Of a stretch of DNA of 64,000 nucleotides, positions 13,153 through 26,439 are shown piece by piece. The notes below the pieces were generated by a model that saw nothing but the letters and a program-made list of their open reading frames with translations, did not search any database and was not told where the DNA came from. The stretch's first letter is position 1. Each line of letters begins with the position of its first letter. A program made the translations under genes and the position numbers. This DNA comes from Nemertoderma westbladi. Taxonomy: Eukaryota; Animalia; Xenacoelomorpha. The stretch is from NCBI GenBank assembly GCA_032718475.1, contig JAUCBJ010000042.1:7424-71423 (forward strand), read 5' to 3'.

Positions 13153-13449
13153 CACTAGAACAAAATCGCCTCCGCTTTGCAGGACATTGCTTTCGCCGTG
13201 AGGACCAGCCAGTGCATAATCTTGTGCTTTGGCAGCCTCATGGAGTGAATAAGCATGGTGGACAGCCCATGACTTTCTTGAGACGCATCTTAAAGGACAC
13301 TGGTCTTTAAGATGCGGATGATCTAGCAAATGTCATGGGTGATAGGGAGTTGTGGCAGCGCAATTTTGTCGACAAGCCGGCACAGCATTCTTAATATATA
13401 TATATAATGCAGCTGCAATGCAGCATGTCGATAGTAGTAGTAGTAGTAG
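13153..13449 (+). mobile_element. 5'-truncated RTE LINE copy in the RELCH intron
   Basis: Near-identical to the 3' end of the 23848-25325 element; ends in (TAG)n. Confidence 0.88.
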
Positions 13450-13608
13450 GCGTGATCTGTATAACTTTCTCAAAGATTTTATCGCACTCTTCTATGATTT
13501 TATTAATTAATAGTTAATAAAAACTACAATTTAATTGTACTATTTATATGATTTCCCTTCTGGCCCGCTAATCTCTCCCGTCAACCGCCTATTATTTTTC
13601 TCCCGCAG

Positions 13609-13866
13609 TCGTTCTCGGACGGACACGCCGAGATAGTTGCCAGTATGATCCGGGAAGTCGAAACTCGAATAGAAACCTCTTCGATTAATTCCTCTCCCGC
13701 TCGAGGGCGTCGTCTTAGTAACGATGTCAGCAGTTGTAGCCCTAGCAACCAATCGCAGTCAGACGACACCAAGGCGGCGAAGTTTATGAAGCATTTCGAA
13801 CAGCTGAAAGATAAGTCGACAGCGAGTCGGACTAAAGTCGCTTCCATGTTTCAGCGGAAAAAGTAA
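13609..13866 (+). CDS. RELCH: RELCH coding exon 2 (terminal)
   Basis: Acceptor TTTTTCTCCCGCAG at 13608. In-frame SFSDGHAEIVASMIREVETRIE...KVASMFQRKK*, matching the recalled vertebrate RELCH C-terminus (SSMIKECEQK...FQRKK). The spliced product is 1161 aa. Confidence 0.9.
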   Translation, partial: SFSDGHAEIVASMIREVETRIETSSINSSPARGRRLSNDVSSCSPSNQSQSDDTKAAKFMKHFEQLKDKSTASRTKVASMFQRKK

Positions 13867-14071
13867 CGATTATTTATAATTTTTTATATCTTAAAGAAAT
13901 AAATTATTTTTGGTGCTAACTGTAGATTATTTCGCTTAGTTCGCATTCCTGATTAATTTAAAATCTTTGATATCTCATTCTACATTCTGTACAAATGTTT
14001 ATAAATGGACTAAAAATGTGACGAAAAAGCTAGAGATCCCATAATTTACAGTTTGTTCATCCCAGATATGA

Positions 14072-14416
14072 GACCCATCCCACACGATGCGTCTTGGTGA
14101 GTTGTACAGTACCCATCCCACACGATGCGTCTTGGTGAGTTGTATAGTACCCATCCCACACGATGCGTCTTGGTGAGTTGTACAGTACCCATCCCACACG
14201 ATGCGTCTTGGTGAGTTGTACAGTACCCATCCCACACGATGCGTCTTGGTGAGTTGTACAGTACCCATCCCACACGATGCGTCTTGGTGAGTTGTACAGT
14301 ACACATCCCACACGATGCGTCTTGGTGAGTTGTACAGTACCCATCCCACACGATGCGTCTTGGTGAGTTGTACAGTACCCATCCCACACGATGCGTCTTG
14401 GTGAGTTGTACAGTAC
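14072..14416. repeat. Minisatellite, 39-bp unit ACCCATCCCACACGATGCGTCTTGGTGAGTTGTACAGT, ~9 copies
   Basis: Head-to-tail near-identical copies with no spacers. Confidence 0.95.
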
Positions 14417-15389
14417 ACACAGACACACATAGAAAATTTCGGGGCACTTTGAAAGTCTAGTTTTGGCTGGAACCAAAAAACCCCAAATCTGCCTCACACA
14501 AGTAAAAGGTCCCATTATGAATGCACCATCTCAGCTCAACAGTCAAACAGCTTAGCTTTTTTCCTCTACTTTATTTATTAACTGATAATATTATTGTATA
14601 CTAACTAACTATATTTCACGTCGTAATACAATATTGTATTATTATTAAACCCTGTAGGATTATTGACTACTTTAGTTAACCGTTCATATTATTTGTAGTT
14701 AATTTGTCGCATATTATTTCATTAATTATGAATTATTGCTTTTCCTTTTTTAATAATTCCAACACTGTTGTGCTACTTTCTTATTGAACTCTACTCTTTT
14801 GGGGTGTACATAATTGCACAATGCGTCAACTGTCTACGATTCCCGTTTGTTCCATTATAAGGCTTTCTGGAAAGAAGGTAACATTATCGTTACAAAAAAA
14901 AATAATTGGATTGGAATGGAATTAAACCAAACTTATGACACAGTAGTTTACCAGTTACTATTTGGCCACGACTATTTTTACTAATTGGCCCAGGGCACAG
15001 TAGCAAAAATGTTTACTGTTAAATGAAGTTTTGCCTTAGGTTGGGCAAGACCAGAAAGTCCGGGACAAGGTCCAACAGACTAGGACAAGGACATCAGACT
15101 TAGACGGGAACTGACAGTGACAGTTCGACCGGTCTCTGTTTTCTTCCATGGGGTGAAAGTCACCCGCCCCTCCCCAAAATTTTAACGCTAATTAACGACC
15201 TTGTTTGGCATCAAGAGAGGACATTTATTTATACGTAAGGTCACAGTTTCATTTTTTAATTTGTCCATCACAATTTAAATCTTACAGGCTTATTCCGCTT
15301 AATATTATTGAGTTGAGACATCATATAAAAAATATACAAAAAAATAAATTATATGACAACGATAATTGCTACGTAGAATTTAAAAATTA

Positions 15390-16109
15390 GACACTGTAAG
15401 AGCAGCGCTACACTGACACTGTAAGAGCAGCGCTACACTGACACTGTAAGAGCAGCGCTACACTGACACTGTAAGAGCAGCGCTACACTGACACTGTAAG
15501 AGCAGCGCTACACTGACACTGTAAGAGCAGCGCTACACTGACACTGTAAGAGCAGCGCTACACTGACACTGTAAGAGTAGCGCTACACAGACACTGTAAG
15601 AGCAGCGCTACACTGACACTGTAAGAGCAGCGCTACACTGACACTGTAAGAGCAGCGCTACACTGACACTGTAAGAGCAGCGCTACACTGACACTGTAAG
15701 AGCAGCGCTACACTGACACTGTAAGAGCAGCGCTACACTGACACTGTAAGAGCAGCGCTACACTGACACTGTAAGAGCAGCGCTACACTGACACTGTAAG
15801 AGCAGCGCTACACTGACATTGTAAGAGCAGCGCTACACTGACATTGTAAGAGCAGCGCTACACTGACACTGTAAGAGCAGCGCTACACTGACACTGTAAG
15901 AGCAGCGCTACACTGACACTGTAAGAGCAGCGCTACACTGACACTGTAAGAGCAGCGCTACACTGACATTGTAAGAGCAGCGCTACACTGACATTGTAAG
16001 AGCAGCGCTACACTGACATTGTAAGAGCAGCGCTACACTGACACTGTAAGAGCAGCGCTACACTGACACTGTAAGAGCAGCGTTACACTGACACTGTAAG
16101 AGCAGCGCT
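15390..16109. repeat. Minisatellite, 25-bp unit GACACTGTAAGAGCAGCGCTACACT, ~29 copies
   Basis: Head-to-tail copies; a GACATT variant clusters in the right half. Confidence 0.95.
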
Positions 16110-17130
16110 GTTAAAAAACAGTCGGCCCATAAGTTCTAGGGCCTTGTTGCTCTTGGTCGGCTGCACAGTCTGTCTTCTAATAGGCCTTTCTAGAGTCTGA
16201 GGCCATACTGTCACAATGTATTTAAACAAAGCGAAATTAAAATTAATTATCGTTGGGCCACTTTTCTTATCTTTGCGTTGCGTATTTTCCAGAAAGATAT
16301 AATATAATATAATATTCTAGAACGCCCACTTTTTTTTATATAAATCCCTACATTCCTTATTGTCGAGAGCAACCAAATAATTCATTTCAATATGCACCTG
16401 GTTTATTGTTTCATATGTTTGGGTGTTGTTTTACATTTTATCTACTATTTCGTACCTCATTTGTATTAATTATTTATTTATAATTATCTGCGACATAATT
16501 AAGGATTAATTTTGTATTTTATATTTATTTCGATTATTTAGTATATTTTTAGTGCAATGCTTTACTCTAATCATGAGCAGCATAGGATCAAGTAAATAAT
16601 AATGGATTAGCAAACTTGCACTTTATTATTTTCCCTACAGTTGTTCCGTTAGTCAGGTACATTGACCCCACCCCCCCCCCCCCCCCCCTCCCAAATGTTT
16701 CTTCAAATCTTAATGAAATTTGAAACAGAGAGTTTCACTTAACCGTTTGCTGCATGACTTTTTGTTTCAAACGAGAAAAAATATTTGTAACCTGATTTTA
16801 AAAGCACTTTGTACACTAAGTTTGATTCAAAATGAATTTTTCGAAAATATTAACCCTATCAATCAAAAGTTACAGGGATATCGTTCTAGAACAACACCAT
16901 GCGCTCGGAGGACTTTTCGTAAACTATTGTTGGCAATACAATATTCAACTCTACCGGGTTTTCTGCCTCTGCATACTTTTTTTTGCTTCGGGTTCTGGGG
17001 CAATGATTATTATCTGGTTTAAATAGTTTAAAATTTCGAAGGGTTGTTGTTGTACAACGTCATTATACAAAGAATATTTAAAATGTATTGATAACGATTA
17101 TTATGTACCCATTCATTATTTTGTATTGTT

Positions 17131-18485
17131 CACCAGTATGAAGTGCACTGCACCAATACGAAGTGCACTGCACCAGTATGAGGTGCACTGTACCAGTACG
17201 AAGTGCACTGCACCTGTACGAAGTGCACTGCAAAAGTGCGAAGTAGACTGCACCAATATGAAGTGCGCTGCAACAGTATGAGGTGCACTGTACCAGTACG
17301 AAGTGCACTGCACCTGTACGAAGTACACTGCACCAGTATGAAGTACACTGCACCAGTATGAGGTGCACTGTACCAGTACGAAGTGCACTGCACCTGTACG
17401 AAATGCACTGCACCAGTGCGAAGTACACTGCACCAGTATGAAGTACACTGCACCAGTATGAGGTGCACTGTACCAGTACGAAGTGCACTGCACCTGTACG
17501 AAGTGCACTGCACCAGTGCGAAGTACACTGCACCAGTATGAAGTACACTGCACCAGTATGAGGTGCACTGTACCAGTACGAAGTGCACTGCACCTGTACG
17601 AAGTGCACTGCAAAAGTGCGAAGTAGACTGCACCAATATGAAGTGCGCTGCAACAGTATGAAGTGCACAGCACCAGTATGAATTGCACTGAACCAGTATG
17701 AAGTGCACTCTTTCAACGATGCAATGTGCACTGCATCAGTATAAGGTATACTGCATCAGTACGAAGTGCACTGCACCAGTACGAAGTGTACTGCACCAGA
17801 ACCAAGTGCACTGCACCAGTATGGAGTGCACTGTAACATGCGAAGTGCACTCATTCAGCGCTTCAATGTGCACTGCACCAGTGTATAGTGCACTGCACCA
17901 GTAAGAAGTGCACTGCACCAGTACGAAGTGCACTGCACCAGTACGAAGTGCACTGCACCAGTACGAAGTGCACTGCACCAGTACGAAGTGCACTGCACCA
18001 GTACGAAGTGCACTGCACCAGTATGAAGTGCACTGCACCAACCAGTATCAAGTACACTGCCCCAGTACGAAGTATAAAGCACCAGTATCAAGTGCACTGC
18101 ACTGGATAAAAATGCACCGCACCAGTGCTAAGTGCACTACCATGTTACGAAGTGCACTAATTCAACAGTGCACTGCACCCGTATAGAGTGCACTGCACCA
18201 GTATAAAGTGCACTGCACCAGAACGAAGTGCACTGCACCAGAACGAAGTGCACTGCATCAGTGCGACGTGCACTACCCAGGTACAAAATGCACTCATTTA
18301 CCGGTGCAATATGCACTTCACCAGTATAGAGTGCACTGCACTGGATCAATGTGTACTGCATCCAGTATGAAGTGTACCGCACTTTATCAGGGTACACCAC
18401 ACCAGTGCGAAGTGCACTTCACCGGTACAAAATGCAGTAATTCCCCAGTGCGAAGTGCACTACACCGGAACGTAGTGCACTAATT
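17131..18485. repeat. Minisatellite, 20-bp unit CACCAGTACGAAGTGCACTG, degenerating rightwards
   Basis: Tandem copies with a GTGCAC palindrome; recurring variant blocks in 17140-17660. Confidence 0.95.
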
Positions 18486-18989
18486 CACCATCGCTACTAG
18501 ACCCTGACGAAAAACCTTCAAATCACCACCACTCGAACAATCGTCATCGATGGAATTACACCCAGGAAGCAGGATTATCCCTGCTTCGTCCGGATAAGAA
18601 CAGCGTAGTCAGTTCTCCCCCAACTGATTGTTCCATCACGGGACACTCTTATTCTATTACGCTCAATGAGTTCATCATCGCCCATTCTTATAAGGACAAT
18701 TATGTTATAATCCAAAAAAGATAGATAGATCGATCGATATATTTATTTATTTATACATTATGTAAAATCAATAACAAATACACCAAACAATGTACCGGTT
18801 AAAGGTATTGTCCAACATAACATATAGATTACCCCACAAGTTTTGCAGCTATTTCCAAGGGGGTCCTTTATGTTACTTGGTTACAAATACAATATTACAC
18901 TACGCTAACCTAAAACGAATATAAAAAGTAATTACACTATGTATAGTACAACTTTACCGAGAGCGTGACAATGCCCGACTCAACGATAA

Positions 18990-19680
18990 AGATGTAATGT
19001 ACAGAACAATTTATTATAAAACGTAATTACAGTATAAATAGTAAATAATTAATAAACTAATAACTTCTGTAGGACTATTGTACCTATTTTTACATTGCAC
19101 ATGGAGGTGAGATTTAACTGCAGATTTAAAAGAATGTTGATTATCTAGGTTTTTAATTTCATTAGGCAGAGCGTTCCAATTTTTAATACCGTTAAAAAAG
19201 AAAGTATCAGATTCAAAGGATTTACAATTCGGGAGGTAGAAGTTTGAAGCACTAGCTCTGGTACTGTAAGAGTGTGTATCGCGTACTCTGTTGAATTTTT
19301 GTTTTAGGTAATTGGGACATTTACCATTATACACTTTATGCACATGGTTAAGGCGTAGCTGCTTAATTCTACTATCTAAGTTACAGATTATCCTAAGACA
19401 AAGTAGTCCAGATTCAGAAAAGTCATCTGGAGTTTGGTGGTGCCTAGGTTTGTAGTCTTTAATAAATCGTACTACTATATTCTGAGCTACTTGTAATTTA
19501 CATTTAAACTGTTTGGTTAAGCCTTCATTCCAAGAAGAGCATGCATAGTCCATGTGACACTGTATTAAAGAAGAGCAAAGTAACTTGCGGGAGTCGGTGT
19601 TTAAACTATTTTTATTTCTGTATAGAAACCTAAGCCTACTGTTAACTTTCGAGAAAATATTTTTCACGAATTTTTCATGA
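18990..19680 (-). mobile_element. L2/CR1-group LINE 3' fragment (ORF2 C-terminus)
   Basis: SKVNSRLRFLYR, LIQCHMDYACSSW, KLQVAQN, HSYSTR, GIKNWNALP and SFKSAVK motifs in ORF 19014-19730. Confidence 0.85.
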
Positions 19681-20583
19681 AGTATGTAAATAGGTAATAA
19701 GTATAAAAATGATAAATAGAACTGAATCAATATTTACTCAGTGAAAATGTGGCCAAAGTTAATCGCTGTGATGTGATGAGCCATTAGCACAAAAAATGTA
19801 CTCGGTTATTTCAATTTCTTATATATAAATTATTAAAAAATGTAACACAAGGGGTGATTAAAAGTGGCCAAAATTAACGCATTTTTTATGAAAATTATAT
19901 ATAATATAACAAACGTTGCGTTGTTCGCCTCAAAACGGATGCACTTTGACACTTTTGGACATGACACTAGGATGTCGTGTATTTACTGCATGCTGTTATT
20001 GTATGGGTATCGGTATCGGTTTTATCATAGGCCTACCTGAAACAGGTCTGATATTATGTTTTAAACGTCACGACGTTGTCATTGCGAATTACTATCAGTT
20101 TGCTTAACACGGTACAGTACTGCAGTATCAAGTACCGGTTGTCTCATAATTTCCTAAGATCAGTGATTTGCACTATGCAGTGCAATAGGCACACCGTTTT
20201 CAAACACCCAGTAAGGAACTCAAACAATCTGTTTCAAATTTGAGATTTCATTAATAGCCTATTGTGGAAGATATAGTTAAGGGGTTGGGGGAGATAACCA
20301 CACCACAAAATATTTCGATCGGTGTAGTATAGGTACCGTACTAAATCATATAAAACTATAATAAAAAACACTGAAACTGAAAATACAGTACCAGTATGCA
20401 CACTTAGGTAGGCAGGGTACTGGTAGGACTAGTATAGGTCTATGTGTTAGGCCTACTTATATTAGTTTTATTAGGCCTACTTATTCTATTAGGCCTACTG
20501 AGTAGGCCTTCAGGTATATTGTACTAATAAAATATTATTTGTGGCTATTTCCTACCATATCAATATCTCATCACCTCGTTACC

Positions 20584-20898
20584 ATGGATGACGAAGAGTA
20601 TTCATACAACAGTGACACTGACAGCGTTGTTACTAAGCAGGGAACTGTTACCTGTGAAGAAGACATTGCCGAAACTGAAGCGCAGCTCACTGTCGATAAG
20701 AGTGACTACAAGGAAATGCGAGAACAGTTGGACGATCTTGATGACATTCTAAAATACTGCAAGGAGGCTTTATCAGCCGCCAAATTGCGACTCGCTATTA
20801 TTCATATTGACTTAGTTACACTATTTGATCCGTATGTGGCTGAGGACGAGAAAATTTGCGCTGAAACCGCAGAGAATACTGATATAAACTTAGCATGA
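20584..20898 (+). CDS. Putative small acidic coiled-coil protein, 104 aa, unrecognised
   Basis: Start context ACCATGG; non-repetitive amphipathic sequence (YKEMREQLDDLDDILKYCKEALSAAKLRL); higher GC than flanks; AATAAA at 21013. No homologue recognised. Confidence 0.5.
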   Translation: MDDEEYSYNSDTDSVVTKQGTVTCEEDIAETEAQLTVDKSDYKEMREQLDDLDDILKYCKEALSAAKLRLAIIHIDLVTLFDPYVAEDEKICAETAENTDINLA

Positions 20899-21222
20899 AC
20901 CTCTTCTTTGTTCATTTTACAGTTCAAAAACTAAGAGATCTATACAATTTATTGTTAATTGTTTTTGCATTAGGCATACCAATACTGCAATGGCTGAATA
21001 AGTTCGTCTCAAAATAAAAATAATTATCAATGAGGAAGAAAGGATTTTAAACAATAATACGCGCCCATGTGGGTGGGTGCGAATGGGGGAAGGTGGATGG
21101 GAATGTAGGATGCTGGGAAGATGGAAAGGTGGGTGATGGGAAAGTCGGGAGGTGGATGGAAATGTGGGTTGGAATCTAGGATGCTGGGAAGATGGAAAGG
21201 TGGGTGATGGGAATGTCGGGAG

Positions 21223-22377
21223 TGTTCGCGCTTTCAGACCTTTAGCAGTTTAACCTGCCAAATTTAGATGTCTTCTAGATTATAAATCGACTTTAGCCTA
21301 TGACGAGTATTTGATACACTACATTAGCCGAAGCCAGTCTATGCGCGACCATTCACCCGCTGGATATACCCGGGAGACTGGATTCGGAAGCTTTGACCTT
21401 ATTGCGGTGTAGGCCTACTGTATTATTCGACTGATCGTTAACATATAATTTCTGACAAATATTATTCACTTTCGGGAAATATTAACAGTTCCTTTAGGAC
21501 GTGGCGCTCTAAATATGTAAACAGAGTTATGACTTACACTAGACACAACGGGATGGCTATGGATTCACGTATAAAGCGCATTCTTTAGGAGATGCTTTGT
21601 TATCAGTCACAATCATGCACACTACCGCACAATGCTGCACACCGATCTGCCGACCTTCACTAATTTTAGTCACATATAAAGAGAACAACCACCGACTCAT
21701 GTAGTGCCTATGAAATAGCATTAGATTCACTCCAAAACCACTTTAATGTAAGTCGCAATTGTTATATGTAACCGGTCTCTCTAACCTTCAGTATATCAAG
21801 AAGATTGGGGTTTTCTGATTATTTGTCGATATTATCCAAATATAACAAGATTCCATCAACTGATATAATTAATAACCGAATAAACCATAAATAGCAGTGA
21901 AATAATGCGGTGAAAGCATAATGCATATGTACTGAGTTGGTTTGATAACAGTTATACGTTTCTATGACCAAAGCCTACTAATGTTTGGCTAAAGCCTGAA
22001 ACACAGCAATTCCAAAGCCGGTCTTCTGGCTGTGGACAAAATACACATACTGACTCAATTCATGAGTTTCTGTATACAATCTCCAACACAGAGTCAAAAA
22101 ACGCTCTGATTGGTCGACCGAACAAAGAGAGAACAAAGAACAAAGAAATGTTACACGTGGACATATCAGCTGTTAGATGTCGTCATGGTAACTACACTGT
22201 ATCAAGAGGATTTTGGCTTATTGCGACATAAGATCGCTAGTTATGTCCGCTAAAGTACACAGCTAGTTATGTCCGCTAAGGCACACATACAGAAGAAATG
22301 GCTCTTTATATCCACTAAAACACCTACAGAGTACTTTGCGGGGAAAATAACTAGCTAGATCCGCAAAAGCCTTTACA
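21223..22377 (-). mobile_element. Solo LTR of the BEL/Pao family, reverse orientation
   Basis: TGT...ACA termini; reverse complement of the LTRs at 26440 and 38430 with modest divergence; 5-bp TSD GGGAG at 21218-21222 and 22378-22382. Confidence 0.93.
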
Positions 22378-23847
22378 GGGAGGTGGATGGGAATGTGGGA
22401 AGATGGAAGGAAAGGTGGGTGATAGGAATGTTGGGAGGTGGGTGGGAATGTGGGAAGATGGAAGGAAAGGTGGGTGATAGGAATGTCGGGAGGTGGGTGG
22501 GAATGTGGGAAGATGGAAGGAAAGGTGGATGGGAATGTGGGAAGATAGATAGAAAGGTGGATGGGAATGTGGGAAGATAGATAGAAAGGTGGATGGGAAT
22601 GTGGGAAGATAGATAGAAAGGTGGATGGGAATGTGGGAAGATAGATAGAAAGGTGGATGGGAATGTGGGAAGATGGATAGGAATGTGGGAAGATAGATTA
22701 AAGGTGGATGGGAATGTGGGAAGATGGAGAGGAATGTGGGAAGATAGATAGAAAGGTGGATGGGAATGTGGGAAGGTGGATGGGAATATGGGAAGATAGA
22801 TAGAAAGGTGGATGGGAATGTGGGGAGATGGATAGGAATGTGGGAAGATAGATAGAAAGGTGGATGGGGATGTGGGAAGATGGATTGGAATGTGGGAAGA
22901 TAGATAGAAAGGTGGATGGGAATGTGGGAAGATAGATAGAAAGGTGGATGGGAATGTGGGAAGATGAATAGGAATATGGGAAGATAGATAGAAAGGTGGA
23001 TGGGATGTGGGAAGATGGATAAGAATGTAGGAAGATATATAGAAAGGTGGATGGGAATGTGGGAAGATAGATAGAAAGGTGGATGGGAATGTGGGAAGAT
23101 AGATAGAAAGGTGGATGGGAATGTGGGAAGATAGATAGAAAGGTGGATGGGGATGTGGGAAGATGGATAGGAATGTGAGAAGATAGATAGAAAGGTGGAT
23201 GGCAATGTGGGAAGATAGATAGAAAGGTAGATGGGAATGTGGGAAGATAGATAGAAAGGTGGATATGGATATGGGAAGATGGATAGGAATGTGGGAAGAT
23301 AGATAGAAAGGTGGATGGGAATGTGGGAAGATAGATAGAAAGGTGGATGGGAATGTGGGAAGATAGATATAAAGGTGGATGGGAATGTGGGAAGATGGTT
23401 AGGAATGTGGGAAGATGGATAGGAATGTGGGAAGATAGATAGAAAGGTGGATGGGAATGTGGGAATATAGATAGAAAGGTGGATGGGAATGTGGGAAGAT
23501 GGATAGGAATGTGGGAAGATAGATAGAAAGGTGGATGGGAATGTCGGAAGATAGATAGAAATGTGGATGGGAATGTGGAAGGTGGATGGGGATGTGGGAA
23601 GATGGATAGGAATGTGAGAAGATAGATAGAAAGGTGGATGGCAATGTGGGAAGATAGATAGAAAGGTAGATGGGAATGTGGGAAGATAGATAGAAAGGTG
23701 GATATGGATATGGGAAGATGGATATGAATGTGGGAAGATATATAGAAATGTGGATGGGAATGTGGGAAGATAGATAGAAAGAAGGTGGATGGGAATGTGG
23801 GAAGATAGATAGACAGGTGGATGGGAATGTGGGAAGATAGATAGAAA

Positions 23848-25325
23848 CTACTACTACTAGGATCGGCATGCTGCATTGCAGCTGCATTTTTAAGAATGCT
23901 GTGCCGGCTTGTCAACAAAATTACACCGCCACAACTCCCTATCACCCATGACATTTGCTAGATCATCCGCATCTTTAAGGCCAGTGTCCTTTAAGATGCG
24001 TCTCAAGAAAGTCATGGGCTGTCCACCATGCTTATTCACTCCATGAGGCTGCCAAAGTACAAGATTATGCACTGGCTGGTCCTCACGGCGAAAGCAATGT
24101 CCTGCAAAGCGGAGGCGATTTTGTTCTAGTGTCAAGCTTGGGGGAACCAATGAGACACCTCCAATGTTATATAGTGTCTGGTTGGTGATGTGTGCATTGT
24201 ACTTGACACAATGTACCCGGCGTAGCATTCTTGTGAATGTGCCATCCAGAGATTTGGTGTCCTCAGCAGTTAGAGCCCAGCATGGACTCCCGTAGAGAAG
24301 TACTGGAACTACTGCTGCTCTAAATAATCGGACCTTAAGTTTCCGATTAATTCTAGGTGACTTCCAAATCCTGGAAAGCCTATTCAAGGCTGCCCATGCC
24401 TTTCCCTTACGTATTCGAAGGTCCTCACCTGACTTCCGGATCCATGATCCCAGGTAACAGAAGTCGTCCACATGCTCAAGCATACCATCCTTTGAGCTTA
24501 TGCTCATCCGATCAGAGACTTGCTGAGGACTTTCAAAGTTAACTGTCAGAATTTTGGTCTTTCTGGAGTTAATAAAAAGACCAACACTAGAAGCAGCATG
24601 TTCTAATGAGCTGAGGAGCCGTTGGGCTCCCTCTAATGATTCTGAGAGTACTCCTAAGTCATCAGCAAAGTCTAGATCAGTTAGGTACTTGGCAGGATTT
24701 CCTCTACTTCTGGAGCCAGTAGGTGGAGTTATCATCACCCCATCATCATTATGATGATCTAAGGACATGCGTAGAACATAGTCAACCACAATAATGAACA
24801 AGAATGGTGCAAGTGTGTCTCCTTGGAGGACGCCCCATAACACTTCAAATGGTTCTGTGTCACCGTCAACAGTAGACACAAATGTTGTCGAACCATCGTA
24901 TACTGATCTGATTGCTGCAATAATTTCATCAGGAATCCCATATAATGAAAGTATGCTGAACATACGTGAGCGAGAGACTGAATCAAAGGCCTTGAAGAAG
25001 TCAACAAAGATAACAGCCAGATGCCTGTCTTTCTTTTTTGATAACTCTTCAATTATCCTTCTAAGTGCCAAAATGGGCTCCATGGTCCCACGACCTTTAC
25101 GGAACCCATTCTGATTTCCACGTAGCAGTCTCTCAATGGGATCCCTGATGCGATTTAATAGAATTATATTGCATAGTTTTGCAGCAATCGAGATCAATGA
25201 GATTCCCCGAAAAGAACCATAGAGTGTTAGGTTGCCCTTCTTGGGAACTGGCACCAACTTATTTGTTTTCATTTCTTGTGGGACTCTTGTTGTACGGTAC
25301 ATGTCTACTATGATGGGATAGATGG
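23848..25325 (-). mobile_element. 5'-truncated RTE-clade LINE with an uninterrupted 470-aa RT ORF
   Basis: ORF 23890-25302 has NQNGFRKGRGT, FVDFFKAFDSV, GVLQGDTLAPFLF, LDFADDL, FCYLGS and RLRFAGHCFR. It has a (TAG)n tail and a probable TSD GATAGATAGAAA at 23836-23847 and 25326-25337 (inside satellite, so weak). Confidence 0.93.
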
Positions 25326-26439
25326 GATAGATAGAAAGGTGGATGGGAATGTGGGAAGATAGATAGAAAGGTGGATGGGGATGTGGGAAGATGGATAGGA
25401 ATGTGGGAAGATAGATAGAAAGATGGATAGGAATGTGAGAAGATAGATAGAAAGGTGGATGGGGATGTGGGAAGATGGATAGGAATGTGGGAAGATAGAT
25501 AGAAAGGTGGATGGGAATGTGGGAAGATGAATAGGAATATGGGAAGATAGATAGAAAGGTGGATGGGAATGTGGGAAGATGAATAGGAATATGGGAAGAT
25601 AGATAGAAAGGTGGATAGGAATGTGGGAAGATAGATAGAAAGGTGGATGGGATGTGGGAAGATAGATAGAAAGGTGGATGGGGATGTGGGAAGATGGATA
25701 GGAATGTGGGAAGATAGATAGAAAGGTGGATGGGAATGTGGGAAGATGAATAGGAATATGGGAAGATAGATAGAAAGGTGGATAGTAATGTGGGAAGATA
25801 GATAGAAAGGTGGATGGGATGTGGGAAGATAGATATAAAGGTGGATGGGATGTGGGAAGATGGATAGGAATGTGGGAAGATAGATAGAAAGATGGATAGG
25901 AATGTGGGAAGATAGATAGAAAGGTGGATGGGGATGTGGGAAGATGGATAGGAATGTGGGAAGATAGATAGAAAGGTGGATGGGAATGTGGGAAGATGAA
26001 TAGGAATATGGGAAGATAGATAGAAAGGTGGATAGGAATGTGGGAAGATAGATAGAAAGGTGGATGGGATGTGGGAAAGATAGAAAGGTGGATGGGAATG
26101 TGGGAAGATGAATAGGAATATGGGAAGATAGATAGAAAGGTGGATGGGATGTGGGAAGATAGATATAAAGGTGGATGGGATGTGGGAAGATTGATAGAAA
26201 TGTGGGAAGATATATAGAAATGTGGATGGGAATGTGGGAAGATAGATAGAAAGGTGGATGGGGATGTGGGAAGATAGATAGACAGGTGGATGGGAATGTG
26301 GGAAGATAGATAGAAAGGTGGATGGGGATGTGGGAAGATGGATAGGAATGTGGGAAGATAGATAGAAAGATGGATAGGAATGTGGGAAGATAGATAGAAA
26401 GGTGGATGGGGATGTGGGAAGATGGATAGGAATGTGGGA

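Noticed and set aside
14072-16109. 39-bp and 25-bp repeat arrays as CRISPR
   Set aside because: Units are head-to-tail with no unique spacers, there are no cas genes, and the context is eukaryotic.
17078-18483. Cys/His-rich ORFs resembling zinc fingers
   Set aside because: Open in several frames on both strands because of the 20-bp minisatellite.
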